Source: a virus | Length of the DNA: 64,000 bases | Strand: one strand, 5' to 3' | IMG/VR virus record: IMGVR_UViG_3300028591_000199 | Location: 4,163-68,162 of that record | In this document: in pieces, positions 31,082 through 41,463 of the stretch | Position numbering within the stretch: the stretch's first letter is position 1 | Layout: each line of letters opens with the position of its first letter | Notes under the pieces: model-generated | What the model saw: only the letters and a program-made list of their open reading frames with translations | What the model was told of the DNA's origin: nothing | The model's database searches: none | Position numbers and translations under genes: made by a program

Positions 31082-31957
31082 TTAAGCTTCAGGATCATAT
31101 CCATTAAAACCAGTTAAAATATGATTATGATATACGCCTACGGTCTCAGCACCACCAATATCGGCTGGTTCACCCATATCATATTTCACAAGTTTCATCA
31201 TAACACCATCATCAGGACGAAGAACACGAAGATTCATATTGAAGACAGAAGGATCACCTTCAGCCTCAAGAGTAATAGTGTTTTCAGAAGTAACTTTAGC
31301 CTTCGGAATAATGAACTGGAAGAACTCATCCTTACCACTAGTATTGCTACGTGCATAAGTATCACCAACAACATAGTAAGTGCCAGGGAAAGAGTTAGCA
31401 GAAATTTCAATAACAGTATCACTATTATTGTTAACTACAACATCATAAGTGCAGAAATATTTAGTATCTTGTACTAATTCAGTTGGTGAAATAGAAGACC
31501 CAGCAGCATTATAAATTTTTGGATTTAATTTTGTGATTTTCTTTCCACCTACTACTTTATCTTTAGTCCAGCCACAGTCTTCAAGAGCGCCAGAAGAAGT
31601 AGCAGTAAAGACTTCAGTAAACATTAAAACCTTAGAACCTGATACAAACGAATCACCTGCCTTAGCCGCAGTAATATGTCTGGTGTTTCCATCACCGAAC
31701 ATAATAGCTAAAGACTTCGCAGAGAAAAGAGCGTCTTCAAGAGTGACATTAATCTCTTTGTTGTAGTCCCACATAATAAGTGCGGGGTTACCTTTACCAC
31801 CACGAGCCTCAGCCTCTTCAGCAGTCTGCTCAATAGTAGAAACTTTTAAAGTATCCAGGTAAAGAACAGGATATTCAGGCTTACCAGTATCGCTTAGCTG
31901 ATAGAATGTTACATCCGCAACTTCTTTAATGCCATATCTATCTAAAACACTAGCCAT
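31082..31957 (-). CDS. major tail tube protein
   Basis: YGIKEVADVTFY, LDTLKVS, ARGGKGN..LI-WD, IPKAKV, EGDPSVF; position and highly expressed codon bias. Confidence 0.7.
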   Translation of the reverse strand: MASVLDRYGIKEVADVTFYQLSDTGKPEYPVLYLDTLKVSTIEQTAEEAEARGGKGNPALIMWDYNKEINVTLEDALFSAKSLAIMFGDGNTRHITAAKAGDSFVSGSKVLMFTEVFTATSSGALEDCGWTKDKVVGGKKITKLNPKIYNAAGSSISPTELVQDTKYFCTYDVVVNNNSDTVIEISANSFPGTYYVVGDTYARSNTSGKDEFFQFIIPKAKVTSENTITLEAEGDPSVFNMNLRVLRPDDGVMMKLVKYDMGEPADIGGAETVGVYHNHILTGFNGYDPEA

Positions 31958-31974
31958 TTAAATATAGCCTCCAT

Positions 31975-32706
31975 TTATTCATTTAAATTTTGAATCCAAT
32001 ATTTTGGTTTTACTTTTTTTCTATCCGCACCCGCCAATAAAGAATCAACATCAATTTCATACTTTTCTTTCTGTTGATACATTTGTATTAACGGATTTAT
32101 CGCGGTATAGCTTAACTCTCCAATATTAAGTGGGTTTAAACCCATATTCATACAACAAATTGAAGCCAAAGAACTATATAAATTTAAACCTTTACCAGAT
32201 TTTGCTTTTATTCTATCTCTTAAACGAGCTTTGGCTTTCATGGCGCGGATGCGCGGGTGCTCATTTTCATCAGGAATCTCAACTGGTTTAATACCACAAG
32301 CCGCGCGCACTAAATTTTGAAATTCAAAGAAATCTTTTTCTTCAATAATTCGCAAGTCTAATACAGACTTAGCTTCTTTTACATTTCCTATAAGAATTGA
32401 CTTCTGCTCATATAGAAGTGAAACTTCTTCATGTATAAAGAATTGAAAGGCTTGTTTCACAAGACTTTCCATCTTTTTTGCTTGTAACGCAGTTCCAAGT
32501 AAAAACTCAATAGGTGTCCATTTACGATCTAAAGTAATATTTTTCTGTGTCAATTCATCTTCAATATCTTCTTGTGATAATGTTAATAAATGTAAAAATG
32601 TTGGGAATTGAGTATTAGATGCAACATCTTTAACCTTCGGTGGATAAACTAAACATAAATGTTTAAATTCAACAGGATAACCAAGAAAAAATGCTTCTTT
32701 ATTCAT
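31975..32706 (-). CDS. putative tail assembly chaperone / structural-module protein
   Basis: Position; C-terminal LLAGA..W motif. Confidence 0.4.
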   Translation of the reverse strand: MNKEAFFLGYPVEFKHLCLVYPPKVKDVASNTQFPTFLHLLTLSQEDIEDELTQKNITLDRKWTPIEFLLGTALQAKKMESLVKQAFQFFIHEEVSLLYEQKSILIGNVKEAKSVLDLRIIEEKDFFEFQNLVRAACGIKPVEIPDENEHPRIRAMKAKARLRDRIKAKSGKGLNLYSSLASICCMNMGLNPLNIGELSYTAINPLIQMYQQKEKYEIDVDSLLAGADRKKVKPKYWIQNLNE

Positions 32707-33193
32707 AATCAGTAATCCTATAACTTACTTCATAACAAGACATTTCATCAGTTAAGAAATTTAAATCAAATTCTCCACCTTGGATTCTACCCAATCCATT
32801 TATAATCTTATTATCCAAAGAATTTTGAATTTCACCAATAATAGCAAAAGGTCGTAAATTTGTATCTTTTATAATCCATTGAGTCATTGGAGTGAAAACT
32901 TCAATCTGTATGAGAATATCAGTAAACTCTAAATTATCTTTATTACGACTCGCGCGCACTATGCGCAGAGCGATTAAGCTTTGTGCCGTCTCTTTTGGAC
33001 CAACACGAGGCACAATCTTTATAAGTTTCTCTGTAATTTCTTGACGAATTTGAGTTTCTGTTAAGTCAGCACCACTTAATGGATCTTTATCAGAGTAATA
33101 TAAATACTTTAATAAGTTTTGATTTGCAAGTAATCGTTGTATAATCTTCTGTAAATTTATACCTAATTCTCCACAATTACGTACCACTGACAT
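32699..33193 (-). CDS. putative tail terminator/completion protein
   Basis: Position, size and beta-rich sequence. Confidence 0.45.
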   Translation of the reverse strand: MSVVRNCGELGINLQKIIQRLLANQNLLKYLYYSDKDPLSGADLTETQIRQEITEKLIKIVPRVGPKETAQSLIALRIVRASRNKDNLEFTDILIQIEVFTPMTQWIIKDTNLRPFAIIGEIQNSLDNKIINGLGRIQGGEFDLNFLTDEMSCYEVSYRITDYE

Positions 33194-33932
33194 CGCCTCC
33201 TAAAGGTGTATTTTTATTAAAATCTAACCAGTAGAAGTCCTCTTCAGGATCACCAGGTTGCGGTTCAGGAGGATTGGTCAAATCATATTCATAAACAGGA
33301 TCAACAGTACAATATTCAACTCCAGGAGACGATTGAATATCATAACCAGTAACTCGATAATATTCTTGGAATGGATCCTCGCCCACAATAATATAACAAT
33401 CTTTTTTCAAATACTGATTGCGCGGAAGTATAAAGAAACTAGATTTCAAATTCTCATTATAAATCGTATCCATACGACTACGTGAGCGCAATTCATCTTT
33501 CAACATATTATTTTCTTGTCCATACATGTATGCCCAAGAAGTCTGTGTAGATTTATCACGCGCGATCCAACTGATTTGATGAGTCATGCGCAGCATAATA
33601 TAACGATTATAACCACTAGCATTTATTCGTTCTAAATACCAAACCATCCAAGGATTTAAGTTATTATCTTTATCAGGTAGCATTAGAATGGTACCATCAG
33701 GAATATTAACCGAAACTTGTGTTAATAAATAATGCAAAGTTTCTGTTTCATCCTGTTTGTATTTCTCAAAAGAAGCAGGATAAACCTTATCATTCCAAAC
33801 AAAATTAATACGATAAACAGACCTACCTAAATGTAAATCGAATAATCGCTCACGTTCTGCCTGGATGCGCGTTTGATAAGTATCGCCCCATCTTTTAAGC
33901 CTTAAATTATAAATTTCTCCATATCCTATCAT
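33177..33932 (-). CDS. putative head closure/head-tail protein
   Basis: Position; start at ATG overlapping the upstream TGA. Confidence 0.45.
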   Translation of the reverse strand: MIGYGEIYNLRLKRWGDTYQTRIQAERERLFDLHLGRSVYRINFVWNDKVYPASFEKYKQDETETLHYLLTQVSVNIPDGTILMLPDKDNNLNPWMVWYLERINASGYNRYIMLRMTHQISWIARDKSTQTSWAYMYGQENNMLKDELRSRSRMDTIYNENLKSSFFILPRNQYLKKDCYIIVGEDPFQEYYRVTGYDIQSSPGVEYCTVDPVYEYDLTNPPEPQPGDPEEDFYWLDFNKNTPLGGDVSGT

Positions 33933-34183
33933 TTGCCACCTAATAAATTCATACAACTAAAAATTGTACTACGAAAATACTCATATCTTAAATGACGTAA
34001 TGATGAAATATTATAATAAATTGAAAGATAATTGATAGAGCGGTCTTCTTCAGGTATGCCCTCTAACTCAATTAAAATTGAATCTAAAAATGCTTCCCAA
34101 GCGCCGCCCTTCTCAAATTCACATAATAAGCCAAATAACTTATTCTTTAACTTATTATTATATCCTTCATATATTTCTTTCAT
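33929..34183 (-). CDS. hypothetical protein
   Basis: Coupled ORF in the structural operon. Confidence 0.6.
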   Translation of the reverse strand: MKEIYEGYNNKLKNKLFGLLCEFEKGGAWEAFLDSILIELEGIPEEDRSINYLSIYYNISSLRHLRYEYFRSTIFSCMNLLGGK

Positions 34184-34611
34184 TCAATCCTGGTTGCTAA
34201 ATCACGATAATGAAATGGCTTATAATTAATTGAGCGATAATATTTCGCTTCCAGTTTGCGCGCTTTGGATTCTTCTTTCTCCAACATCTGCTTAAACTTA
34301 TCAATTAAATTCGCCTGCGAGAAATCTCTCTCGTCATAAAGTGGTTTAACATTTTCCCAAGTAAGAATAGTACGATTTAGCCACTCACATTTCATAAAAG
34401 CGGCTAAAATCTGAATTTCATCATTCCCTAAATCATGAGTAAATTCTGTGGTTGTGTGTTCTAATGAAACTCGTGGAAATTTAAACCAGGTAATAGCCCC
34501 TTCTAAAATTTCATATAAGTCGCGCTCTATTTGATCACGAGTCCAATATTCCCACTCATCTTCTAATATTTTTGCTAAAAAGGCATTATATACAGCCGGT
34601 AACGGAGTCAT
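34180..34611 (-). CDS. putative head-tail adaptor
   Basis: Helical 143 aa; VYNAFLAKI, EIQILA-M-EW, FSQAN. Confidence 0.5.
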   Translation of the reverse strand: MTPLPAVYNAFLAKILEDEWEYWTRDQIERDLYEILEGAITWFKFPRVSLEHTTTEFTHDLGNDEIQILAAFMKCEWLNRTILTWENVKPLYDERDFSQANLIDKFKQMLEKEESKARKLEAKYYRSINYKPFHYRDLATRIE

Positions 34612-34613
34612 TA

Positions 34614-35096
34614 TTAGTCCTCCTTATCTTGTTCTAATAACTGCACCGCTTTGATCACATCGCGGCCGCAAGCCTCCTTGATTACTTTGTTCTTCTCAAC
34701 GTTCATGATTTTATTATCAATCGCGTAGTCAGCAAGTTCCTCAAGTTGAGGCTTGCTAAGTTTCTTAATTTTATCTTTAAAGCCAACCAGGCTCAGTCCT
34801 GTCCAGTAGTATTGCTTATCTTTCTCAGAAAGAACAATGATATTCTGCGGTTCAGTCGCATCTTCGGGTTCTAGACCCATATCTTTCTTAACATCAAGAT
34901 CTTCAATATAAAGAATACCCGCAGTAATCATGTTCTTAAAACCAACATCAAACATCATATCGTCTAATATTTCACGTTCAATACTAACAGACGAGCCACG
35001 TGCAGGCCAGGATCTGCGAAATCTCAAATCAGGTATATTAACACTAACTTCATGATTAACCTGACTAACAACTTTTACTTTTTCCATTGTAAACAA
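34614..35096 (-). CDS. hypothetical structural-module protein
   Basis: ORF directly after the capsid gene, AAAAGGAG SD. Confidence 0.65.
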   Translation of the reverse strand: MFTMEKVKVVSQVNHEVSVNIPDLRFRRSWPARGSSVSIEREILDDMMFDVGFKNMITAGILYIEDLDVKKDMGLEPEDATEPQNIIVLSEKDKQYYWTGLSLVGFKDKIKKLSKPQLEELADYAIDNKIMNVEKNKVIKEACGRDVIKAVQLLEQDKED

Positions 35097-35124
35097 ATCT
35101 CCTTTTAACTCTAAATAAAAATTA

Positions 35125-35149
35125 GAGGGAGGAGGAGCACTCCTCCCTC
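35125..35149 (-). terminator. terminator after major capsid gene
   Basis: GAGGGAGGAG-5 nt-CTCCTCCCTC followed by T run on the minus strand. Confidence 0.75.
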
Positions 35150-35156
35150 ATGTTAA

Positions 35157-36203
35157 TTAAAACCCATAGGGATTGGCGTTATGTCCAGCAAGTTTGGTGT
35201 TCTGATAAATACCCCAGTTGTGGTAGGTAAGAATAGCAGAACCCATCTTTTTCCAAGCATAAACTTCAAGCGAATTGTCTTTGTTCTCATGGTCTTTAAT
35301 TTGAGTAGCACCCTCAAGAACAACTTTTACAACCTTCTCCTTACCGGTAGGAAGAATGTAAGCGTACTGATCATCGATGTAGGTCTTAGTGTTGGACTCA
35401 TCAATGTAAGATTGAGGAATCTCAACAATAGGCGCGCCACGGAAGATCTTAATGAAACCAGTATTATGAATCTGGTTAATATCGTCAGGAGCATAAATAC
35501 CTTGTGCTGCATTAGCAATAGCAGGAACAATAGCATCAGGTCCCATATCAGCGATAAACGCAGGAGTAGCGAAAATTACAATGCCGTCACCATATGCACG
35601 GACAACATTCATAACTTCAACCATCTTCTGAGAATCAAAACCATTGTTAGTCTTGATATTCGCAGGCGGGAACTTACCGCTGCTATAAGCGGCAACGAGA
35701 GCTTTCTGAACCTCATAGAAGACAGCGTCAGTCAGACCCTCAGTAATAATCTCCATAACATCAGCAAGAGACTCAGCACCATCAATCATTCTCTGGAAGT
35801 CGATAGTCGCACCGCCACCAACGGCATGCGCGCCAACTTCGAAGGTATCAGCGTCAAGACGGAAAGTCTCATAAACGCCAGACAGACCAACCTGAGTTAA
35901 GAATTTCTTTGCGCGATTACGTCCAAGTTTACGACGGAACATAGCTTTCTGACCTTCGCCAACAACCTGAACCTCTGCGAAAGCAGACAGCGCAGAAATA
36001 ACTTTCTTAGGCATAACCTCATCGGTAGCCTCGATAATGATATCATAAATATCATAGCGGTTCTTCATAAATTTGTTAACAGAACCAGCAAGTTCCTTTA
36101 AACCATCAATAAATGCCGCATTAACGGAATCATTGGTAAAGTTCGCAGGAGCAGTACCTTTCGCCGCATGAAGGGCGATATCTCTAAATTCCTGTAAAGT
36201 CAT
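35157..36203 (-). CDS. major capsid protein
   Basis: 348 aa, strong SD (AAGGAGGG), highly expressed codon bias, position after protease/scaffold. Confidence 0.75.
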   Translation of the reverse strand: MTLQEFRDIALHAAKGTAPANFTNDSVNAAFIDGLKELAGSVNKFMKNRYDIYDIIIEATDEVMPKKVISALSAFAEVQVVGEGQKAMFRRKLGRNRAKKFLTQVGLSGVYETFRLDADTFEVGAHAVGGGATIDFQRMIDGAESLADVMEIITEGLTDAVFYEVQKALVAAYSSGKFPPANIKTNNGFDSQKMVEVMNVVRAYGDGIVIFATPAFIADMGPDAIVPAIANAAQGIYAPDDINQIHNTGFIKIFRGAPIVEIPQSYIDESNTKTYIDDQYAYILPTGKEKVVKVVLEGATQIKDHENKDNSLEVYAWKKMGSAILTYHNWGIYQNTKLAGHNANPYGF

Positions 36204-36223
36204 TATTATACCCTCCTTCTTAA

Positions 36224-36778
36224 TTACGCGGTGTAGCACTGAAGTTTAACACCAGGAGTACCATCAGGCATAGTGGTGTAATCAATAACACGAAGCTTCG
36301 GACCCTGAGTCGGAGCAGTGCCAGAAAGAAGCACAGCGCCGTTATCAGAAATACCACCATAAATAGGAGTGGTAGCATAAGAAGCCAGTGCAGCCTTCAG
36401 GGCATCGTCATTGGAATACGAAGTAGAATCGTAGCAAACAGTATTAGTGGTCCACTTATCACCAACTGCTAAGTAGCCCAGTCTAGGATAGAAGTCATCA
36501 ACGCGCTTAGTAGCAAAATTCTTTAAGCCGGGAGTTCTCTCATCATAAATATGCTCTGCGCTATATACAAGAGCGATCGGAAGAGAATCATCATCGGCAT
36601 ATTTTACTGTGCGAGCGACATTGTCAACAGCAAGTAACATACCATTTTCACAAACGGCAGTACTAAAATCAGTGGCGTCAAGGGCGCATTGAGCTTCGAT
36701 ACGACCGTCACGTCTGAACGCACAGTTGTTGATCTCAACCTGCCCGTAGCCCTCAATACCTAATCTTTTAAGAGCCAT
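36224..36778 (-). CDS. putative capsid decoration/minor head protein
   Basis: ENGMLL motif; between scaffold and capsid genes; highly expressed codon bias. Confidence 0.55.
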   Translation of the reverse strand: MALKRLGIEGYGQVEINNCAFRRDGRIEAQCALDATDFSTAVCENGMLLAVDNVARTVKYADDDSLPIALVYSAEHIYDERTPGLKNFATKRVDDFYPRLGYLAVGDKWTTNTVCYDSTSYSNDDALKAALASYATTPIYGGISDNGAVLLSGTAPTQGPKLRVIDYTTMPDGTPGVKLQCYTA

Positions 36779-36794
36779 TTAAAAAATCCTCCAA

Positions 36795-38162
36795 TTATTT
36801 TTTCTCATAACGAGCTAAAATTTGATCTATACCGGTTTTGGTCTGATCTTTCAGAAGCAGACCAGCATCTTGTCCCTTAAATAATGTCGAATTAGAGCAT
36901 TTTAATTGATAAGCAAGTTCTTTATCAAGATCAAGCACGGTATACTCATCTAACTTTGCTGCGAAAGTATCAAGTACGCTCGAAGCGAGTTTATCGGTGT
37001 ACTCGGCTATAACAGCTTGTTTTTGCTGAGTCTCTATAGAATGCTTATAATTATTAAGTTCTTCAATCGTAGTTTTAAGGGTTGCAACTTCTTCTTGCGC
37101 CGCCGCTTTTGCCGCATCCGCAGTAGTAAATTGGTCTTTTACGGTTTCGATCTCTGTATTTAAAGTAGAAACTTGAGTTTCATACTCGGTAATTTTACCA
37201 TTGAGTTCAGTAATTTTTTCTTCATTAGCTTTTGCGTTCTCAAGAGAAGCATCAACTAACTCATAAGTGCCGCCATTAAGAGTGCGAAGAGTATCTAAAG
37301 TATTCTTTTCAGATTCAGTCACATCTACAATATAAACGCGTACACGCTCGCCCAACTCAACAGTATCAGTTTCATCATTTTTAGTATAATAAACACGCTC
37401 ATGTGAACCAGTCTCATAATTATACGCAAGCGCATAATCATCATAGATATCACATATTGCATAGCTAATAGTCCACTGACCGTCTTCATTATATTCAGAA
37501 TTTAACAATGTCCAAATTGCTTCAAACTTCTGATTATCAGATAATTTGAAATTGAGTTTCATTTGGGACTGTCCTCCTGTGGTACTATTTTGTAATTGCG
37601 ACAATGCTTGTTCTAATTGAGAGACTAAAGTATAGAAGGCGGCGCCCTCAAAGCAAGGCTCTACTTCTTCTCCCAATACTTGTAATCCAAGAAATCCTCC
37701 ATCGTCAAATACAGCATATTTTTGTCCTTGAATAACAGCCATATGCCATTTTAATGTTTTCTCATAGAGTTCCATGGATTGCGCTTTTCCTACAATCTCA
37801 TTAGCCTCAGGATAAATCGCAGTAAATAAGAGGACATCGGCGCAACAATATTCACGCTCGACTCCATCCTCATCTACAAACTTTTCCCAAGCCACATTAG
37901 GTTGCTCAGGTACTATACCATAAATGCGTCCTTCTGTACGCGATTTTCCATGATCGGAATAATCATCATCTTCATAAATTCCCTTGACCGGCGCATAAGG
38001 TAAACTGGCAATAAGCTTTTCAGCAAATTCATCAGTAATATACGTACCATTACGATTCCCATACTTGTAGAAAATGCGGCAACGCGCTTTAGATAATGTC
38101 GCATTGTACTGCTCTAATGTACCATAAATAGCCACATTAAAGTGTGTATTTATTTCACTCAT
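36795..38162 (-). CDS. prohead protease/scaffold
   Basis: GNRNGTYI, H, QSME, LG..VEPCFEGA N-terminal protease followed by acidic coiled coil. Confidence 0.7.
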   Translation of the reverse strand: MSEINTHFNVAIYGTLEQYNATLSKARCRIFYKYGNRNGTYITDEFAEKLIASLPYAPVKGIYEDDDYSDHGKSRTEGRIYGIVPEQPNVAWEKFVDEDGVEREYCCADVLLFTAIYPEANEIVGKAQSMELYEKTLKWHMAVIQGQKYAVFDDGGFLGLQVLGEEVEPCFEGAAFYTLVSQLEQALSQLQNSTTGGQSQMKLNFKLSDNQKFEAIWTLLNSEYNEDGQWTISYAICDIYDDYALAYNYETGSHERVYYTKNDETDTVELGERVRVYIVDVTESEKNTLDTLRTLNGGTYELVDASLENAKANEEKITELNGKITEYETQVSTLNTEIETVKDQFTTADAAKAAAQEEVATLKTTIEELNNYKHSIETQQKQAVIAEYTDKLASSVLDTFAAKLDEYTVLDLDKELAYQLKCSNSTLFKGQDAGLLLKDQTKTGIDQILARYEKK

Positions 38163-39654
38163 TGGAGCCTCCTTGATTATCTATAGCGTCCTCATTTTGA
38201 ATTGTTTTTTCTGCTTTATCTTCTAATTTTTTCTCTGGCGCGCCTGCAGTTTTTACTGTACCATCTTGTACAGTACTAGTCTTACTGGATTGAGTATAAG
38301 ACGAAGCCAATGGAATCAAGATATCTGAAAGTTTTAACTCATCATTCTCTAGATTCTTTAAATTAATGAGGTCGCGCTGTGAAAGCCCTAAACCAATCGC
38401 GGGCAATAAGAAACTGTAGCCACTTTGCGCTAATTTTAAAGCATCGGTAATATAATCAGATTGATTATAATAGTTAATAGGCAATATTGAATAAGTAAAA
38501 TTAATATCACCTTTAGCGAATAACTGATTCAGAATGTATGTAATAAATCTTGAATATTTATTACCCAAGATCATCATCAAAGACATATCATTCTTAATAG
38601 AAATTTCAATCGCTTGTGAACCAGTTGGAGCAAATAGCGAGGAGGTAACTCCTGCTTCTGCATATACATTCTGAAGCATTTTTTCTAATGCAGTACGTGC
38701 ATTTTCAGATGTGGTATGAGACATAATTGCATCAACATCACCATAAGAAGTAAGAACCGAAAGATTCTTATTGTTTCCAAGCATCCTAACCATACCAGTA
38801 TGCATTTCTAGCGCTTCATCTGGCTCAAAGACTAACTGCCCATCATTTAAATGAGGAATTTTGTTGACAATAATTTTTTTAATTTCTTCTGACTCGCGTT
38901 CCTGTTCGGTATCGACAGCTTTATCATACTGTAAAGTGGCTGGAATAACATTTAAGAATAAAGGTCGTCCATCTTCAGCGAACGGGAAACAAATTCCAAT
39001 ACCGACTGGTAAAGTTACCCACGAAGTCGTGACAGCACCGTCAATCCATTTTCTATAATGCTGTCGTACGATTTTTGGATAAGTTTTTAAAATGGAATCT
39101 CGTAAAGTTTCAGATGTAATGGTATTAAAATAACTCGTATCAAATTCTACAATGTCATTACCATAAATATCTCTAAAACGAGAGCGTGCATACTCATATG
39201 GAAGATCAATAATACTGAACTCTGTCTTAGACAAAGCAGCAATCATACCATAATATGCACCATGTACAAGCGCGCGCATCGAAATTCTAGTTAAAACTTC
39301 TTTTAAATTTAGCTCGCTAACATAATCTAATGCTTTATAATACTGTTTGCTGATATGCTTTGTGGAGAGTTGCTTACCAAAACTTGGATTTGGGATTAAT
39401 AATCCCTCATAAGTTAAAACAGTAGCATAATACAAAATAATACGTCTATAAAAGCCATTTTTTTCAAAAAAGTTTCTAGAAAGAGCTTGTTGTGCTTGTA
39501 AAGTTCCTGAATCGATAATGTCATCTATCTCCTGAGGTGTATATTCTTTACACCTACGAGTAGCATTAGTATAAAATTCATCGGAAGAGACAGCCGAAGT
39601 AGAAGCAACTGCATTTTTTGTAAATAATGCAATAGATTTATGTTCAAGAGCCAT
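38155..39654 (-). CDS. portal protein
   Basis: 499 aa directly after TerL; Y-EAGV-S-LF, LASSYTQS, GAPEK. Confidence 0.7.
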   Translation of the reverse strand: MALEHKSIALFTKNAVASTSAVSSDEFYTNATRRCKEYTPQEIDDIIDSGTLQAQQALSRNFFEKNGFYRRIILYYATVLTYEGLLIPNPSFGKQLSTKHISKQYYKALDYVSELNLKEVLTRISMRALVHGAYYGMIAALSKTEFSIIDLPYEYARSRFRDIYGNDIVEFDTSYFNTITSETLRDSILKTYPKIVRQHYRKWIDGAVTTSWVTLPVGIGICFPFAEDGRPLFLNVIPATLQYDKAVDTEQERESEEIKKIIVNKIPHLNDGQLVFEPDEALEMHTGMVRMLGNNKNLSVLTSYGDVDAIMSHTTSENARTALEKMLQNVYAEAGVTSSLFAPTGSQAIEISIKNDMSLMMILGNKYSRFITYILNQLFAKGDINFTYSILPINYYNQSDYITDALKLAQSGYSFLLPAIGLGLSQRDLINLKNLENDELKLSDILIPLASSYTQSSKTSTVQDGTVKTAGAPEKKLEDKAEKTIQNEDAIDNQGGSNE

Positions 39655-39657
39655 CGC

Positions 39658-41463
39658 TTAATTTCCTCCGGAATAAAAAACTAGTTGACGCCGTCCAGCA
39701 CTCGCGCGCCGTTTAAGCTTTAAAGAATAATCTTCTTCTAATTCTTTAATGCGCCATAATCCATAAGCAAAAGCAGAATATTTATCTTTTGGAAAACGCG
39801 CATTAATTTGTTCAAGTGCTATATCTAGACCATTGCGCTTAAGACGTAAATTTGCCATTTCTTCAAATAAGCGAGTTGTAAGTTCATGTGGCATTAAACG
39901 TTTAATTCGTTTTTCAAATGGCATTTTTTGTCCTACTTTTGTTGCTAGCAAAGCGGCGCGAGCTTCTTGTTCAGTAATCAAAAATCGAACCATTCCACTT
40001 GAAAGACGAGTATAAGCATTACTATGAATTTTAGAATTGAGCGGTCCATTTGCTTTCAGCGAATAGAGAATCATTGGCGCATCTTTTGGCTGAACTTTTT
40101 TATAATCATCATTATTAAAAAATCCAAATGCGGGCCAGACTTGCCCATTTTCATCTACTTGTTCTCGAATCATTTCATCGCCCAAGCCAACGCCTAAACC
40201 ATTAGTATCAATAACAGTCTCGCGCGGATTGTAAGCCATAATTAAACGCTTTAAATCTATTGCTTGTTTGTGGAATTGTTTGCGGTCAGCAGATAAGCCT
40301 AAAACTACCACATTTACTAGAGTTGCATAAAACTTTCCATCGCGTATATTTACACGATAAATCATAGCCACTGTTTGGTCTGATAATCTTCCAACGTCTA
40401 CTGAAATTAAGTAAAAGATATTATTATCACCTTTAAATTTTTGCCGCCATTCAGGGTTTTTAATTTTTCGATATTTTGAAAGCTTTTCAAAATTAAACCA
40501 AGACTCATCTGAACCACCTTGCCAAACTCCCATATACTCTGAAGCGAAAGTTTGTTCATTATAAGAAGGAGAAAGTTTTAAAGACTGGACATATTTTCCA
40601 TCTATAAGACCATGAAGTACAGGAATCCTATAATCTAGTCCTATACTAAATGCGCGTGATGGATCAATGATTGCTTGTTCAAATGTATCTATTAATGCTT
40701 CATATGCGAAAGAAGATTTCATTCCTGCGGAGGTTGCATAGATGACTTGGGTGTTGATTGCTTCGTTTGGATTTACAAGTCCTGTCGCAGTTCTGCGCGA
40801 GACATTCATCTGAGGGAGAACGACCTCCGCAATCATGTCACCGTCTTGGTCTCTAACTTCGTCTACAAGAGTTGCATGAGTACGAATACCACGATCACTA
40901 TCTAGCGCGCCGACTATTGAAAGCCTGCTTCCATTTTTAAAGAACAAATCACAATAATCTTTACCAAAATTAGCGTGAGGTTCTCCATTATAAACCTCAA
41001 GCTCATTTTGTAATAAAGGCCAAATGCGCCAAATCTCTTGGATTTTCTGGCGCGAAATCTTCGCAGCCTGATTCTTATTTGGTGCCACGATAGAGCCAAT
41101 ATGTCCCGGTAAAAACATACACTGCAAATACTTTGCAAGAATAGATAAAAAGGTTTTTGCCGTGGCACGTGCCGCAGTAATATATATCGTCGTATATCTC
41201 ATGCACGCGCGCAAGAAAATACGTTGATAGGGAAACAGAGTAAAATTTGAGTCTACAGGCTTAATCATATCCAAATAAATATCAGGATAGACCGTATACA
41301 ATTCCCAACAGTCTTTTAATAAATTTTCATTCCTTAAAAGCCAATCCTCTGTAATAACTACACCTTTTTCTAGTTCTATTCCATCTCTAAAAAGACGCTC
41401 GCGCGGAGCAAAAGCAGACTGGTTAGGATCTCGTAAACGAATTGGCTCACTCATCACCTTCAT
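39658..41463 (-). CDS. terminase large subunit
   Basis: LFPYQR, ARATAKT Walker A variant, LVDE Walker B, SVDVG, IDTNG, KDKYSA nuclease motifs. Confidence 0.88.
   Translation of the reverse strand: MKVMSEPIRLRDPNQSAFAPRERLFRDGIELEKGVVITEDWLLRNENLLKDCWELYTVYPDIYLDMIKPVDSNFTLFPYQRIFLRACMRYTTIYITAARATAKTFLSILAKYLQCMFLPGHIGSIVAPNKNQAAKISRQKIQEIWRIWPLLQNELEVYNGEPHANFGKDYCDLFFKNGSRLSIVGALDSDRGIRTHATLVDEVRDQDGDMIAEVVLPQMNVSRRTATGLVNPNEAINTQVIYATSAGMKSSFAYEALIDTFEQAIIDPSRAFSIGLDYRIPVLHGLIDGKYVQSLKLSPSYNEQTFASEYMGVWQGGSDESWFNFEKLSKYRKIKNPEWRQKFKGDNNIFYLISVDVGRLSDQTVAMIYRVNIRDGKFYATLVNVVVLGLSADRKQFHKQAIDLKRLIMAYNPRETVIDTNGLGVGLGDEMIREQVDENGQVWPAFGFFNNDDYKKVQPKDAPMILYSLKANGPLNSKIHSNAYTRLSSGMVRFLITEQEARAALLATKVGQKMPFEKRIKRLMPHELTTRLFEEMANLRLKRNGLDIALEQINARFPKDKYSAFAYGLWRIKELEEDYSLKLKRRASAGRRQLVFYSGGN

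Noticed and set aside
35181-35900. 239-aa + strand ORF
   Set aside because: Antisense shadow of the major capsid gene caused by its codon bias; no SD or promoter.
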